NCBI GenBank assembly: GCA_050251945.1
Contig: JBFWLW010000004.1
Location: forward strand, 128,001-192,000
DNA: 64,000 nt
From: Deferribacterales bacterium
GTDB taxonomy: Bacteria; Chrysiogenota; Deferribacteres; Deferribacterales; Geovibrionaceae
Reading direction: 5' to 3'
The notes below the pieces were generated by a model, which saw only the letters and a program-made list of their open reading frames with translations, searched no databases and was not told the DNA's origin. Numbering within the stretch: the stretch's first letter is position 1; each line of letters begins with the position of its first letter. The position numbers were made by a program, and so were the translations under genes. Positions 1 to 9,660 of this stretch are shown here, in pieces.

Positions 1-273
1 GATCTTTGTGGAAGTTCCGACGTTGTAAAACGTCATCATAATTCCCAGAACAGTTCCCAAAAGCCCTATGTATGGAGAGTTGCTGGCGACTGTGCCTATG
101 AAAGGCAGGTTTTTCTGAAGGTCAAGTTCCAGCTCTTTTCTGGATTTGTAACTGTCGGTTCTGACGCTTCTGTAAAAAAGGATACGCTCAACCGAGAGCA
201 TGACAACAACGAAACACAAAACCACCAAAAATCCGATTATTCCGTAGTCCACTAAGTTGTTTACCCATTCCAT
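1..273 (-). CDS. exbB: ExbB (MotA/TolQ/ExbB family), 3' end outside window
   Basis: Not in the ORF track. Manual translation from ATG 273 gives [20 protein letters not shown]...[20 protein letters not shown], containing the PxxGLLGTVxG ExbB/TolQ signature. Confidence 0.85.
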   Translation of the reverse strand, partial: MEWVNNLVDYGIIGFLVVLCFVVVMLSVERILFYRSVRTDSYKSRKELELDLQKNLPFIGTVASNSPYIGLLGTVLGIMMTFYNVGTSTKI

Positions 274-566
274 TAAGTTCCCCCGTTGAAATTATTTGCT
301 TCCGGACAATCATCGTTCTTTTTAGCATAAACTGCGTTGTATTTGAAGATATATATCGTTATCATTTTGATGACTGGCGCTATGAAAGTAAAAAATATTG
401 GTGTCGAATTGATGGAGATTGGCAGAGGCTTTGGTGCTTGCGTCATGAATGAAAGTCTCACAGTGAAGAAATATTTGTGAGCATGTTTTGATGACACTAA
501 GTGTGTTTATGATGTATATTTTGAAAACGAGTATGTTGGAAAAAGCAGATACAGACAGTATCGCTT

Positions 567-872
567 ATGCGGTCACAATGGGGTTATCGCCGCATCGAGG
601 GCGAGATTGATATTGGTACGAAAATACCTACTTTTTCGGATATGATCTCCGTACTTAAGGAGGACAGACCATACAGAACCAGACTTAACGTTAATGTTGC
701 ATTCGGTATCATGGATAATTACGCCATGGAGAACATCGATCTGGATATGATAAAGGTCATAGATAAGTATAAGCCTGAAATACAGCGTATCGTGGACGAG
801 TGCAAAAAGCGGGCTAAGCGCATGTCTGACGAATCGGTTGCATACGACTATAGCCAAGGCTTCGCGGAGTGA
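567..872 (+). CDS. hypothetical protein (possibly 3' part of a decayed gene)
   Basis: 101-aa ORF with protein-like composition; no motif recognised. Confidence 0.35.
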   Translation: MRSQWGYRRIEGEIDIGTKIPTFSDMISVLKEDRPYRTRLNVNVAFGIMDNYAMENIDLDMIKVIDKYKPEIQRIVDECKKRAKRMSDESVAYDYSQGFAE

Positions 873-1057
873 TTTGTTTGCTTTATTCGTTGCTGTTTGA
901 TAAATTATGATATTTAAATTGATATAAGTATTTGTTTGTTATTTGTTTTTTGATGGTAAATAATCAGATATGTTTGATGTGTCAATTGAGAAAATTCGTA
1001 ACTTTAATATTATAAGATTTTATGTTATTTATTTGAAGCCTACTAAACAGGTGAATA

Positions 1058-2302
1058 ATGGATAAAAATATAAAAAGAATTACTAGCTGGTTATCAGAAA
1101 TTGATTCAAAGAACAAATTTTTGTTGGAAGAAAGCGAGCATGTAGCAATTTTAACTCATTTATATCATGCATATATATCTAACAGTATCATGGACTACGA
1201 CAATGATTACTATATTACCAAAGGATATGCTAATCAAATAGTAGAAAGTATTCCCGATGATATATTGTCCCATTTAAATTATGCACCTTACAATGATCTG
1301 CATAATCAATATTTTAAATTTGTAGACCTGTTTGCCGGAATCGGTGGTTTCAGGCTGGCGCTAAATAAGCATGGAGGAAAGTGTGTTTTTTCATCGGAGT
1401 GGGATAAGTCTGCACAAATGACATATTTTGCAAACTACGGTGATGTACCTTTTGGTGATATTAGAAGTTTTACGGGAGAACATATTTCAGACAGTCTTCT
1501 CGATATATCAATACCTGACCATGATATTTTAACAGCTGGGTTTCCGTGTCAACCTTTTTCCAGAGCAGGTGTTTCTGCGCGTAATGCTCTCCATAAAAGT
1601 CATGGTTTTGATTGTGAGACACAAGGGACTTTATTTTATGATATAATAAGAATTATCAGTGTAAAAAAGCCAAAAATAGTTTTTCTTGAAAATGTCAAAA
1701 ATCTTATTTCTCATGACAATGGAAGAACATTTAATGTGATCAAAAAAAATATCAACGAGCAAGGTTATAAATTTTACTATTATATTATAAATTCGGAAAC
1801 TTTAGTTCCTCAAAAGAGAATTCGTTGTTATATGATATGTATACGTGATGATATTAATAAGGCACATAATTTTAGTTTAGATATGACTGCTTTTAAAGGA
1901 AATCCTTTGTCTCTTGAAACGATTTTAGAGCCTGCTGATTATGTCAAGGAATATCAAATTTCAGAGAAACTCTGGCAAGGACATATCAACAGAACCAATA
2001 GAAATCTTGAACGCGGGACAGGGTTTACAGCCATGCTTGCAGATTTAAAAAAACCATCAAATACCCTTGTCGCTAGATATGGAAAAGATGGTAAAGAATG
2101 TTTAATTCCCATGCAATATGGTCCACCTCGAAAACTGTCCATAAGAGAGGCTGCAAGGCTTCAGGGTTTTCCTGATGACTTCGTTTTGCCACTTTCAAAA
2201 ACGCCTGTTTATAAACAAATGGGGAATTCTGTAGCTGTTCCTGTAGTTCAAGAATTAGCAAGACAAATTGTTTTATATCTGGAGAATGTAAATGCAATAT
2301 AA
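1058..2302 (+). CDS. dcm: DNA (cytosine-5)-methyltransferase, Dcm/M.EcoRII-like
   Basis: Motifs DLFAGIGG (I), GFPCQPFS (IV), ENV (VI), QxRxR (VIII), YKQMGNSV (X). HGFDCETQGTLFYD resembles Dcm HGFACDTQGTLFFD. Confidence 0.95.
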   Translation: MDKNIKRITSWLSEIDSKNKFLLEESEHVAILTHLYHAYISNSIMDYDNDYYITKGYANQIVESIPDDILSHLNYAPYNDLHNQYFKFVDLFAGIGGFRLALNKHGGKCVFSSEWDKSAQMTYFANYGDVPFGDIRSFTGEHISDSLLDISIPDHDILTAGFPCQPFSRAGVSARNALHKSHGFDCETQGTLFYDIIRIISVKKPKIVFLENVKNLISHDNGRTFNVIKKNINEQGYKFYYYIINSETLVPQKRIRCYMICIRDDINKAHNFSLDMTAFKGNPLSLETILEPADYVKEYQISEKLWQGHINRTNRNLERGTGFTAMLADLKKPSNTLVARYGKDGKECLIPMQYGPPRKLSIREAARLQGFPDDFVLPLSKTPVYKQMGNSVAVPVVQELARQIVLYLENVNAI

Positions 2303-3365
2303 AACTAGGAATGATTTGAATAGTGTTGAAAAAATATACTGGTATCTCAGGTATATGGTTGAAACTGACAAAGGTGCATTTTTTAAAAGAAAAAAAACAA
2401 TTATTATGTTGCGAGATACTCTGGGGTCAGCCATCAAAAGCTCTTCTGAATTTGGAGATGCAGATAGAGTGATGATTTTGAAGAAGATTATTGAAGATGC
2501 TTTGCTTGGTATATCAAAAAAAACAACTAAAAATTATATGAAATATGTTGAATTGTCTAATTCGATTAATGAGTTAGTTGCATCGGTGCAAGATATTGAT
2601 ATGTTGATATTTTGTTTAGATAAACTTCTTATTCCCAGCTGTGAGGCGCTTGATAAAGTCCCGACGACTGAAGCATCAACAATTGCAAAATCTTATGCTT
2701 CAAGTGTTTTGAAAACTCAGGGAACTATTGGGTTAGCAAATATTTTGAAAGAATGGGACTACATTACATTAGATATTTGTTTAAATAGGGAAAGAGATAT
2801 TGTTACTGAACTGTTTTTGTTGATAAAGAATGAATTATCGAATACTAAGATTTTTGAATTTAATGCTGATAAAGACAAAAACGATGCGAGTGTTACAACG
2901 GCTGTTGTGCAGGAATTTGAAAGACGTTTAGGACAGATGCGCAAACAAAGATCTGGAAAAGATTTGGAAAGTGCGACTGATTTTATTTTTAATTATTATG
3001 GTATTCCTTGTTCTGGTGCACCGGAGCATTTCAATGTTGGGCTTGAAGTTGATAATTGGGTAAAAGATAGTTCAGGCTGGTATGTCGGTTTTAGCTTAAA
3101 GCGGACTTTGAGAGAACGCTGGAAACAAACAGTTGTTGATAAAGATACTCTGACAAGTTTCAGAATAAGGAATATTGTACACTTGATTTTAATGGATTCT
3201 GATTTATCTAACAATAAAATTGCAGAAATGGGTTCAAAAAGGCATTTGTTTTTTGTATCTGATAATTCAGATGTGCTTGAGAGAACGAAAAATGATTCTG
3301 TGCTTAAAGATTACGTCAAGCCTTTTTCATCATTAATTGACTATTTGATGCAGATTAGAGAATAA
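2292..3365 (+). CDS. type II restriction endonuclease, EcoRII-C/SsoII/Ecl18kI-like
   Basis: Overlaps the MTase stop. RKQRSGKDLE and KRTLRERWKQ resemble the RxxRxGxxxE and KxTxRERW motifs of CCNGG/CCWGG-family enzymes. Confidence 0.8.
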   Translation: MQYKTRNDLNSVEKIYWYLRYMVETDKGAFFKRKKTIIMLRDTLGSAIKSSSEFGDADRVMILKKIIEDALLGISKKTTKNYMKYVELSNSINELVASVQDIDMLIFCLDKLLIPSCEALDKVPTTEASTIAKSYASSVLKTQGTIGLANILKEWDYITLDICLNRERDIVTELFLLIKNELSNTKIFEFNADKDKNDASVTTAVVQEFERRLGQMRKQRSGKDLESATDFIFNYYGIPCSGAPEHFNVGLEVDNWVKDSSGWYVGFSLKRTLRERWKQTVVDKDTLTSFRIRNIVHLILMDSDLSNNKIAEMGSKRHLFFVSDNSDVLERTKNDSVLKDYVKPFSSLIDYLMQIRE

Positions 3366-3366
3366 T

Positions 3367-3792
3367 TTATTTACGCGTTTTATTGTTTAGATTGAAATGC
3401 TGGTCGATAATATCAATAAATGACTTGTTGAGTATTTGGCATTCCCATAAGACGACAATATCCCAGCCTAGATTTTGTAACGAATCATGTACTATGTGGT
3501 CTCTCTCCACATTTTTATTTAGTTTTTTTTGCCAAAATTCAGTATTTGTTTTTGGAATCTTTGCATCTTTACAGTTTTGATGTAAATGCCAAAAACAACC
3601 ATGAATCAAAATCACAGTATGATATTTTGATAAAACGATATCAGGTTTGCCTGGTAAATCTGCTCTATGCAATCTGAAACGCAAACCTCTGTTATGAAGA
3701 TATTTCCTTACTATGATTTCAGGGGTGGTATTTTTACTTTTGATTTGTGACATATTCCAGCTGCGATGCTGTTGTGATATTGTATCGGTCAC
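3367..3792 (-). CDS. vsr: very short patch repair endonuclease Vsr
   Basis: RSWNMSQIKSKNTTPE, LPGKPDIV, HGCFWH, FW..K...N..RD, VLWECQ motifs; lies next to a 5mC MTase. Confidence 0.95.
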   Translation of the reverse strand: MTDTISQQHRSWNMSQIKSKNTTPEIIVRKYLHNRGLRFRLHRADLPGKPDIVLSKYHTVILIHGCFWHLHQNCKDAKIPKTNTEFWQKKLNKNVERDHIVHDSLQNLGWDIVVLWECQILNKSFIDIIDQHFNLNNKTRK

Positions 3793-3966
3793 TTTGTGCT
3801 CTTATGAATTTCTATATTTTCTTTAATATTAACATCGTTAAGTGTTTTATCATCCAAACTATCTCATTATGTTATTTTAACACATTTATTTCTTTCGATA
3901 AATCCGTATGAGATTGCCGCACCTGCTTGCGCAGGTTTGCGGGCGTCCATTCCGTCTGACAGATTG

Positions 3967-4008
3967 TTCAACAAAAAAGGCAGTCCGAAGACTGCCTTTT
4001 TTGTTGAA
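3967..4008. terminator. intrinsic terminator of tRNA-Phe (bidirectional-looking)
   Basis: Perfect 19-bp inverted repeat TTCAACAAAAAAGGCAGTC-cgaa-GACTGCCTTTTTTGTTGAA; cUUCGg loop on the minus strand. Confidence 0.9.
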
Positions 4009-4081
4009 TGCCCAGGGACGGAATCGAACCATCGACACGTGGATTTTCAGTCCACTGCTCTACCGACTGAGCTACCTGGGC
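4009..4081 (-). tRNA. tRNA-Phe (GAA), CCA not encoded
   Basis: Minus strand GCCCAGGTAGCTCAGTCGGTAGAGCAGTGGACTGAAAATCCACGTGTCGATGGTTCGATTCCGTCCCTGGGCA folds as a cloverleaf; TTGACA-17-TATTTT upstream (4135-4107). Confidence 0.97.
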
Positions 4082-4185
4082 GGTACGCTCTCAAAAGCGA
4101 GGTCTAAAAATATCGAAAAACACCTTAGATGTCAACATCTATTTTGCATTTTTTCAATAAAATATTTCCCGCTTTTATCAGCGCC

Positions 4186-5202
4186 TTATATTGTTCTGCC
4201 AACAGCCAGAGCTATCGAACGCAGGCTGCCCATAAGTTCGAGGAACTGTGTTGGTGTGAGCGACTGTGCGCCGTCTGACCATGCCTTTTCAGGGTTGGGG
4301 TGTACCTCAATTATAAGTCCGTCCGCGCCTATCGCAACCGCCGCCTTGCAGAGCGGTCCGACATATTGCCAATGACCTGCAGCGTGGCTGGGGTCTATCA
4401 TGATGGGCAGGTGGCTTTTTGATTTGATAACAGGTACAGCGCTTATGTCCAGCGTGTTTCTGGTGGCTGTTTCAAAAGTTCTCAAGCCCCTTTCGCAGAG
4501 AATTACGTTTTTGTTGCCCTCACAAAGGATATATTCGCTCGCTGTGAGGAATTCCTCAATGGTTGTGGACATGCCGCGTTTCAGCAGAACGGGCTTATCT
4601 GTCTTGCCCAGCTCTGTCAGAAGGGCAAAGTTTTGTATGTTTCTGGCACCAACCTGAAACATATCGGCGTATTTGTATACCATATCGACATATTTCGGGT
4701 TTGTGACCTCTGTTACCACTGGTAGACCTGTCACTTCTCTTGCCTTTGCGAGTATCTTAAGCCCTTCTTCTGCAAGTCCCTGGAAAGCGTAGGGGGATGT
4801 GCGGGGTTTGAATGCGCCGCCGCGAAGCATGGATGCGCCTGCCGCTTTAACGAATTCTGCCGTTTTGATTGTCTGTTCTTCGGACTCCACCGAACAGGGT
4901 CCCGCTATAACGGGAATGTTCTCTCCGCCGAAAAGAACTCCGCAGCAGTCGATTATGGTGGGTTCGTCTTTAACTTCGCGGCTGGAAAGCTTGTATGGCT
5001 TGCTGATGGGGATAACTTTGTCAACTCCCGCCATCTCGCCTATGACAGTCATCTTGTCCCGCTGTCCGTCAACGCCGACAAGCCCGACCACAACCCTTTC
5101 CTTGCCTTCAATGATGTGGGCGTGGAAACCTATCTCCTCCGCTGTTTCAATAACTCTTGCAACGCTGTCCTGCGCCGCTCCGATTTTCATAACTACTATC
5201 AT
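4186..5202 (-). CDS. aroF: DAHP synthase type I-beta with N-terminal regulatory domain
   Basis: [41 protein letters not shown] motifs. Confidence 0.95.
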   Translation of the reverse strand: MIVVMKIGAAQDSVARVIETAEEIGFHAHIIEGKERVVVGLVGVDGQRDKMTVIGEMAGVDKVIPISKPYKLSSREVKDEPTIIDCCGVLFGGENIPVIAGPCSVESEEQTIKTAEFVKAAGASMLRGGAFKPRTSPYAFQGLAEEGLKILAKAREVTGLPVVTEVTNPKYVDMVYKYADMFQVGARNIQNFALLTELGKTDKPVLLKRGMSTTIEEFLTASEYILCEGNKNVILCERGLRTFETATRNTLDISAVPVIKSKSHLPIMIDPSHAAGHWQYVGPLCKAAVAIGADGLIIEVHPNPEKAWSDGAQSLTPTQFLELMGSLRSIALAVGRTI

Positions 5203-5254
5203 TTTATACCTCCGGTATTTGAATTTCAGCGACTTAACGCGCCCCCGCAGGCAT

Positions 5255-5292
5255 AAAAAAACCGCGGGAGCCTGTAAAGCCGCCGCGGTCTT
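5255..5292 (-). terminator. attenuator terminator upstream of aroF
   Basis: Minus strand GACCGCGG-CGGCTTTACAGGCTC-CCGCGGTTTTTTT lies between the leader peptide and the aroF RBS. Confidence 0.85.
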
Positions 5293-5323
5293 TGGAAATT
5301 TTATATCATTGGTCAGACCGGAC

Positions 5324-5404
5324 TCAGACGGCTACACTCCTATTGCTAAAAAAGCAATAAAAAAAGAAACCAAAAAAGAATCCGTAAAAAAGTCTGCCAA
5401 GCAT
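5324..5404 (-). CDS. Phe/Tyr-rich attenuation leader peptide (26 aa)
   Basis: GGAG RBS, then MLGRLFYGFFFGFFFYCFFSNRSVAV* (9 Phe, 2 Tyr); TTGACA-17-TATTAG upstream (5454-5426). Confidence 0.88.
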   Translation of the reverse strand: MLGRLFYGFFFGFFFYCFFSNRSVAV

Positions 5405-5465
5405 TTGTTATTCTCCGTTTAGGGTCTAATATTCCAATTAGAAACGCATGTCAATACAAAAATTT

Positions 5466-5816
5466 TTAAGCTGACTTGTCAATTTTGTTAATTGCAGCTA
5501 TAAGGTCTTCACGTATAATTGGTTTATATATACACGCATTGACCAGCGCACATACTTTTTCAGCCTCTTCCCTGTACGCGGTGGTAATGATTATTGGAAT
5601 TTTTGAATCATGTTCTCTGATCTTATAGATCATTTCAAAGCCATCCATTTCCGGCATTGCAAGGTCGGTTATGATAAGATCCGGTTTAACTTCGAGAAAT
5701 TTCTTTAATCCCAGTACGCCATTTGCCGCTTCGTGAACATTTAATTCTTCTTTTTCCAATAACTTCTTCACGAGCATCCTCGTGAACTTTTCATCTTCAA
5801 CATATAAAATATTCAT
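5466..5816 (-). CDS. stand-alone response regulator receiver protein
   Basis: ILYVEDE, TDLAMPEMDG (phospho-Asp), TA, KP motifs; start moved to ATG 5816. Confidence 0.9.
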   Translation of the reverse strand: MNILYVEDEKFTRMLVKKLLEKEELNVHEAANGVLGLKKFLEVKPDLIITDLAMPEMDGFEMIYKIREHDSKIPIIITTAYREEAEKVCALVNACIYKPIIREDLIAAINKIDKSA

Positions 5817-6037
5817 TAAAATAATCTCCGGTGATAGATAAACATTATATGGACTATTTTGCATATTACAAGCGCTTTTTTTCCAAGTGTTTTGTGTATT
5901 ATTTATAAATTTTTAATCAATTCATAATTAACTAATTGTCCATTTTTCAGAAAATGCTCATAAAATTAAAATATTGCGGCTTTTTTGTATGCATGATATT
6001 TTTGCATATAAAATAATGAGATAAAACTGCGGGGATA

Positions 6038-7252
6038 ATGAAAAGTTCAGTTATCGGCTCTAATCCAAGAATAGTCAGTTTTTACAGCTCCTACATGGAT
6101 ATGCTGGGGGTTGTGAACGAAGCTTATAATTCGATCAACGTCGGACTGAAACGCGCTGTTGTAGATAAAAAAATATCATCTCTGGTTGTAATTATTGAAA
6201 ACAGGGACGACCTTGTTACATACAACAGACTGAAAGACCTTATAGACGAAAGGCGAATGAGCACGTTCATCGTTTGTGTGGATGAGTCTCTTGTTCAGCA
6301 GGTTTCAAACAGCCGAGTGATAACCATAAGCCACAAAAGCGTGACTTTGGACTTTTCAGAGATAATGGCAAAATCTGACGTGTGCAAGCCATATCTGAAG
6401 GAAACAGGCGGTACGAGATCGCCTGAAAAAATATTTGAACATATCAAATTTATGCTTGCGCGCGGCAACATCACCCTGCCTGTTGAGGGCGAGTGTGCTA
6501 TCCGCGTTCTCAGCGTCCTTGACCACGATAACATCACATTCAAGGCAATAGACGATATGACAAAACTTGACCCGGCTCTTCATTCCGGTATAATACGAAT
6601 GGCTAACTCTGCTTATTTCAGCGGGACTTACGGAAATATTGCAGACGTCCAGAAGGCGCTGGTGAGGCTGGGTATAAATAACGTTAAGGCATATCTGGTC
6701 AACTTTATAAATAAATCATTGGCAGCTAACAAAAATCTTCTTTTTGCCGACGAGATTGAAGAGGCTATTAAGGACTCACAGACCATAGCCGCTCTTTGTT
6801 ATGTGATGTCGGAATTTTTCAAGGTCTGTGCGAAAGGGCAGATGTATTCCGTGGGACTGCTTTCAAAGATAGGCGAAATATTTATCCTTGCGATAATATC
6901 CGATTATCTTTCCGGGGAAAGACCGGAAGATGTCAAAAACGGGAGCTACAGGAAGATGGCGGCTCAGAATAATATACTTGTCGGCGGAACGCTGATGAAA
7001 AAGTGGAAATTCTCGGAAGAATTTTACATGCCGCTGCTGTTTTCCGGCACTTTGAAAGATAATCAGTTCATGAACGAAACGAAAATACTGCATCTCGCAT
7101 GGAATATGCTGGAATATTTCGACAAAGAAGAAATTACAGACGGACTTCGTGCGGCTATGCATCGCACCGGAATACAGCTTAGTGAGAAGCAGTTACAAAA
7201 GATCAAGGCGGAAGCTGAAACAAAAATCAAAGATTTTGCAGCAGTTTATTGA
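6038..7252 (+). CDS. HDOD domain protein
   Basis: LP...DPAL...IIRMANSAYF...ALVRLG...GLL..IG...KW.F HDOD pattern; the usual HD residues are not conserved (SK). Confidence 0.85.
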   Translation: MKSSVIGSNPRIVSFYSSYMDMLGVVNEAYNSINVGLKRAVVDKKISSLVVIIENRDDLVTYNRLKDLIDERRMSTFIVCVDESLVQQVSNSRVITISHKSVTLDFSEIMAKSDVCKPYLKETGGTRSPEKIFEHIKFMLARGNITLPVEGECAIRVLSVLDHDNITFKAIDDMTKLDPALHSGIIRMANSAYFSGTYGNIADVQKALVRLGINNVKAYLVNFINKSLAANKNLLFADEIEEAIKDSQTIAALCYVMSEFFKVCAKGQMYSVGLLSKIGEIFILAIISDYLSGERPEDVKNGSYRKMAAQNNILVGGTLMKKWKFSEEFYMPLLFSGTLKDNQFMNETKILHLAWNMLEYFDKEEITDGLRAAMHRTGIQLSEKQLQKIKAEAETKIKDFAAVY

Positions 7253-7260
7253 TTAGGCTG

Positions 7261-7289
7261 TTGACAAAGGCATATAAATGCTATATAAC
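7261..7289 (+). promoter_or_regulatory. sigma70 promoter of tRNA-Arg
   Basis: TTGACA-17 nt-TATAAC, ending 10 nt before the tRNA. Confidence 0.75.
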
Positions 7290-7299
7290 TTCCCTCCCT

Positions 7300-7373
7300 G
7301 CGCCTGTCGCTCAACTGGATAGAGCATTTGACTACGGATCAAAAGGTTAGGAGTTCGAATCTCTTCAGGCGCA
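7300..7373 (+). tRNA. tRNA-Arg (ACG), CCA not encoded
   Basis: GCGCCTGTCGCTCAACTGGATAGAGCATTTGACTACGGATCAAAAGGTTAGGAGTTCGAATCTCTTCAGGCGCA folds as a cloverleaf. Confidence 0.97.
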
Positions 7374-7379
7374 TTACTT

Positions 7380-7413
7380 AAGCCGCTGTATCGGATGATA
7401 CGGCGGCTTTTTT
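7380..7413 (+). terminator. intrinsic terminator after tRNA-Arg
   Basis: AAGCCGCTGTATC-ggat-GATACGGCGGCTT followed by TTTT. Confidence 0.85.
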
Positions 7414-7463
7414 GTTTATTTACATCTTTATCCGTTGCGTTTAATATTGTGCATGAGGACAAT

Positions 7464-8789
7464 ATGACTGAATCGAACCGCATAGAGTTTAAACGGCAAC
7501 TGAATGATGATGACAATAAGTTTGAGAAAGAAGTAGTCGCATTCTTGAACTATAAAGACGGCGGTGTTATTTACATCGGAATTGACAAGGACGGTGCATA
7601 TTATCACATTGACGATATTGACGGTACTCAGCTTAAGATCAAAGACAGGATAAAAAGCAATATAGAGCCGTCAACTATGGGGCTTTTTGATGTGTCTGTT
7701 GAAGACGGTAAAGTTATTAAAGTCACTATCGCCAGGGGTTCAGAAAAGCCGTACTACATTAAAAAGAGCGGAATGACCGAAAAGGGATGTTATCTTCGGG
7801 TGGGTTCTTCCGCTGAGCCGATGCCGCAGAGGATGATTGAAGACCTGTTTTCCAAACGCACCAGAAATTCAATCGGCAAAATTGAATCGCCTATCAATAA
7901 ACTTACTTTTGAACAGCTTAAAATCTATTATCAGGAAAAAGGCAAACTACTTAACGACCAGTTTGCATACAACCTTGAACTGCTGACAAAAGACGAGAAA
8001 TACAACTACGCCGCTTACCTTCTTGCCGATAACAACAGCATATCTATCAAGGTTGCAAAGTACGGCACTTTAACAAAAGCAGAGCTTATAGAAAACAACG
8101 AATACGGCTACTGTTCTCTGGTGAAGGCGACCAAGCAGGTGCTTGATAAGATTGAGATAGAAAACAGGACGGTTGCACAGATAACCTCCAAAGAAAGGAT
8201 AGAGAGCAGACCATATGACCCGAAAGCTCTCAGAGAGGCGATAATCAACGCCATTGTGCATAACGATTATTCCAATGAACGCCCGCCTGTTTTTGAAATA
8301 TTTCCTGACAGGATAGAAATAACCTCTGCCGGAGGATTGCCTTATTCTTTTACAAGAGAGGAGTTTCTGGCGGGATATTCTGCTCCGAGAAACAAGGAGC
8401 TGATGAGAGTGTTTAAAGACCTTGATCTTGTGGAACAGCTTGGTTCAGGAATCCCCAGAATCCTTGAGAAGTATGACGAAAGCATATTTATGTTTACTGA
8501 TAACTTCCTGAAGACCACCTTTATATCCAGCATGAGGTTGGGGGACAGGTTGGGGGACGAGTTGGGGAACAAGTTGGGGAACAAGTTGGGGAACAGGTTG
8601 GGGAACTTGAACGAAAACAGACAGAAAATAGTCATGTTAATGATGGAAAATCCGGAAATATCTACACCTCAATTGTCTGAAAAAATTGGAATTTCTGAAA
8701 CAGCCATAGAAAACAATATCAGATTCCTGCGAGAAAACGGCTATATCGAAAGACAAGGCACTTTCGGCGGGAAATGGATAGTAAAATAA
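7464..8789 (+). CDS. AlbA_2 (Schlafen-like) + HATPase_c_4-like + HTH protein
   Basis: N-terminal IEFK...VAFLN..GG.IYIG; REAIINAIVHNDY, PRN...F..L.LVEQLGSG; C-terminal wHTH ending GGKW. Start moved to ATG 7464 (GAGGA RBS). Confidence 0.85.
   Translation: MTESNRIEFKRQLNDDDNKFEKEVVAFLNYKDGGVIYIGIDKDGAYYHIDDIDGTQLKIKDRIKSNIEPSTMGLFDVSVEDGKVIKVTIARGSEKPYYIKKSGMTEKGCYLRVGSSAEPMPQRMIEDLFSKRTRNSIGKIESPINKLTFEQLKIYYQEKGKLLNDQFAYNLELLTKDEKYNYAAYLLADNNSISIKVAKYGTLTKAELIENNEYGYCSLVKATKQVLDKIEIENRTVAQITSKERIESRPYDPKALREAIINAIVHNDYSNERPPVFEIFPDRIEITSAGGLPYSFTREEFLAGYSAPRNKELMRVFKDLDLVEQLGSGIPRILEKYDESIFMFTDNFLKTTFISSMRLGDRLGDELGNKLGNKLGNRLGNLNENRQKIVMLMMENPEISTPQLSEKIGISETAIENNIRFLRENGYIERQGTFGGKWIVK
8535..8606 (+). 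repeat. in-frame 12-bp tandem repeat x6
   Basis: RRGTTGGGGRAC x6, encoding RLGD RLGD ELGN KLGN KLGN RLGN. Confidence 0.95.
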
Positions 8790-8805
8790 TTTAATAGGTA
8801 AATAT

Positions 8806-9585
8806 ATGGCATACGATGAATATAACGATATTGATGTAACCAAACTTTCTGACCAAGAAAAAATCGATTATCTGGAAAATATTCTGATTGCAAGAGCAAC
8901 TGGAGGAGATGCGTCAGATAAAGACTATAAATTCTTGAGAAATTATTTCATACAAAATCAGACATTTAAAAAGCTTTTACCAGAAATTGTTATCAAATCC
9001 TATAATATTGATCATTATTGGCAAACAATAAAACATCAAATTTCAAGTTATGCATCTAGGCGGTCATACATATGGGAGGAAATGGCTCCTATCAAAAACT
9101 ATATTGAATCAGGTACAAGAGTATGTAGTGACCATATAATAAAAGCCCATGAGAAGTTTGATTGTGATTATATTATTGAAAAATGGCATAGCGGTGTTGA
9201 GTCAGTGACAACAGACCCTGAAAGAACATTAACACTTGCAAGGACAATACTTGAATCAACTCTGAAATATATTTTAGATGATATGAGTGAGAAATATAAT
9301 GAAAAAGATGAACTGCCCAAACTCTATAAGAGTGTAGCAGATAAATTAAGTTTGTCACCAAGCTTACACCATGAAGAAATTTTTAAGCAAATACTTGGAG
9401 GGTGTCAAAGTGCTGTCACAGGACTTGGGTCATTGAGAAATAAATTAAGTGATGCTCATGGTAAAGGTAAAACCGTTTATAAAGTTAAACCAAGGCATGC
9501 AGAACTTGCCATTAACCTCGCTGGAAGTATTTCTAAATTTTTATTAGAAACATATGAAGACCATGGTCGCAATGAGCATGAATAG
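8806..9585 (+). CDS. abortive infection family protein (Abi_C/AbiJ-like)
   Basis: ART.LES.LK.IL...LGSLRNKLSDAHGKG...RHAELAINLAG, a HEPN-like RNxxxxxH signature. Confidence 0.85.
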   Translation: MAYDEYNDIDVTKLSDQEKIDYLENILIARATGGDASDKDYKFLRNYFIQNQTFKKLLPEIVIKSYNIDHYWQTIKHQISSYASRRSYIWEEMAPIKNYIESGTRVCSDHIIKAHEKFDCDYIIEKWHSGVESVTTDPERTLTLARTILESTLKYILDDMSEKYNEKDELPKLYKSVADKLSLSPSLHHEEIFKQILGGCQSAVTGLGSLRNKLSDAHGKGKTVYKVKPRHAELAINLAGSISKFLLETYEDHGRNEHE

Positions 9586-9660
9586 ATGCTGCTTCAAAAA
9601 TGCTTCAAATCATTTTGAAGCAGGTTGATAAATAAGCATATTTTGTCATATTTCGTTTTT

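Noticed and set aside
382..872. Selenocysteine read-through of TGA 478-480 joining the upstream ORF to 567-872
   Set aside because: Read-through stays in a different frame from 567-872, and I see no selenoprotein motif or convincing SECIS.
880..4008. R-M block as a tRNA-Phe-integrated island with att sites
   Set aside because: No duplicate of the tRNA-Phe 3' end and no integrase found in the window.
3908..7516. ORFs 3908-4375, 4799-5422 and 7253-7516
   Set aside because: They are antisense to tRNAs, aroF and its leader; shadow ORFs.
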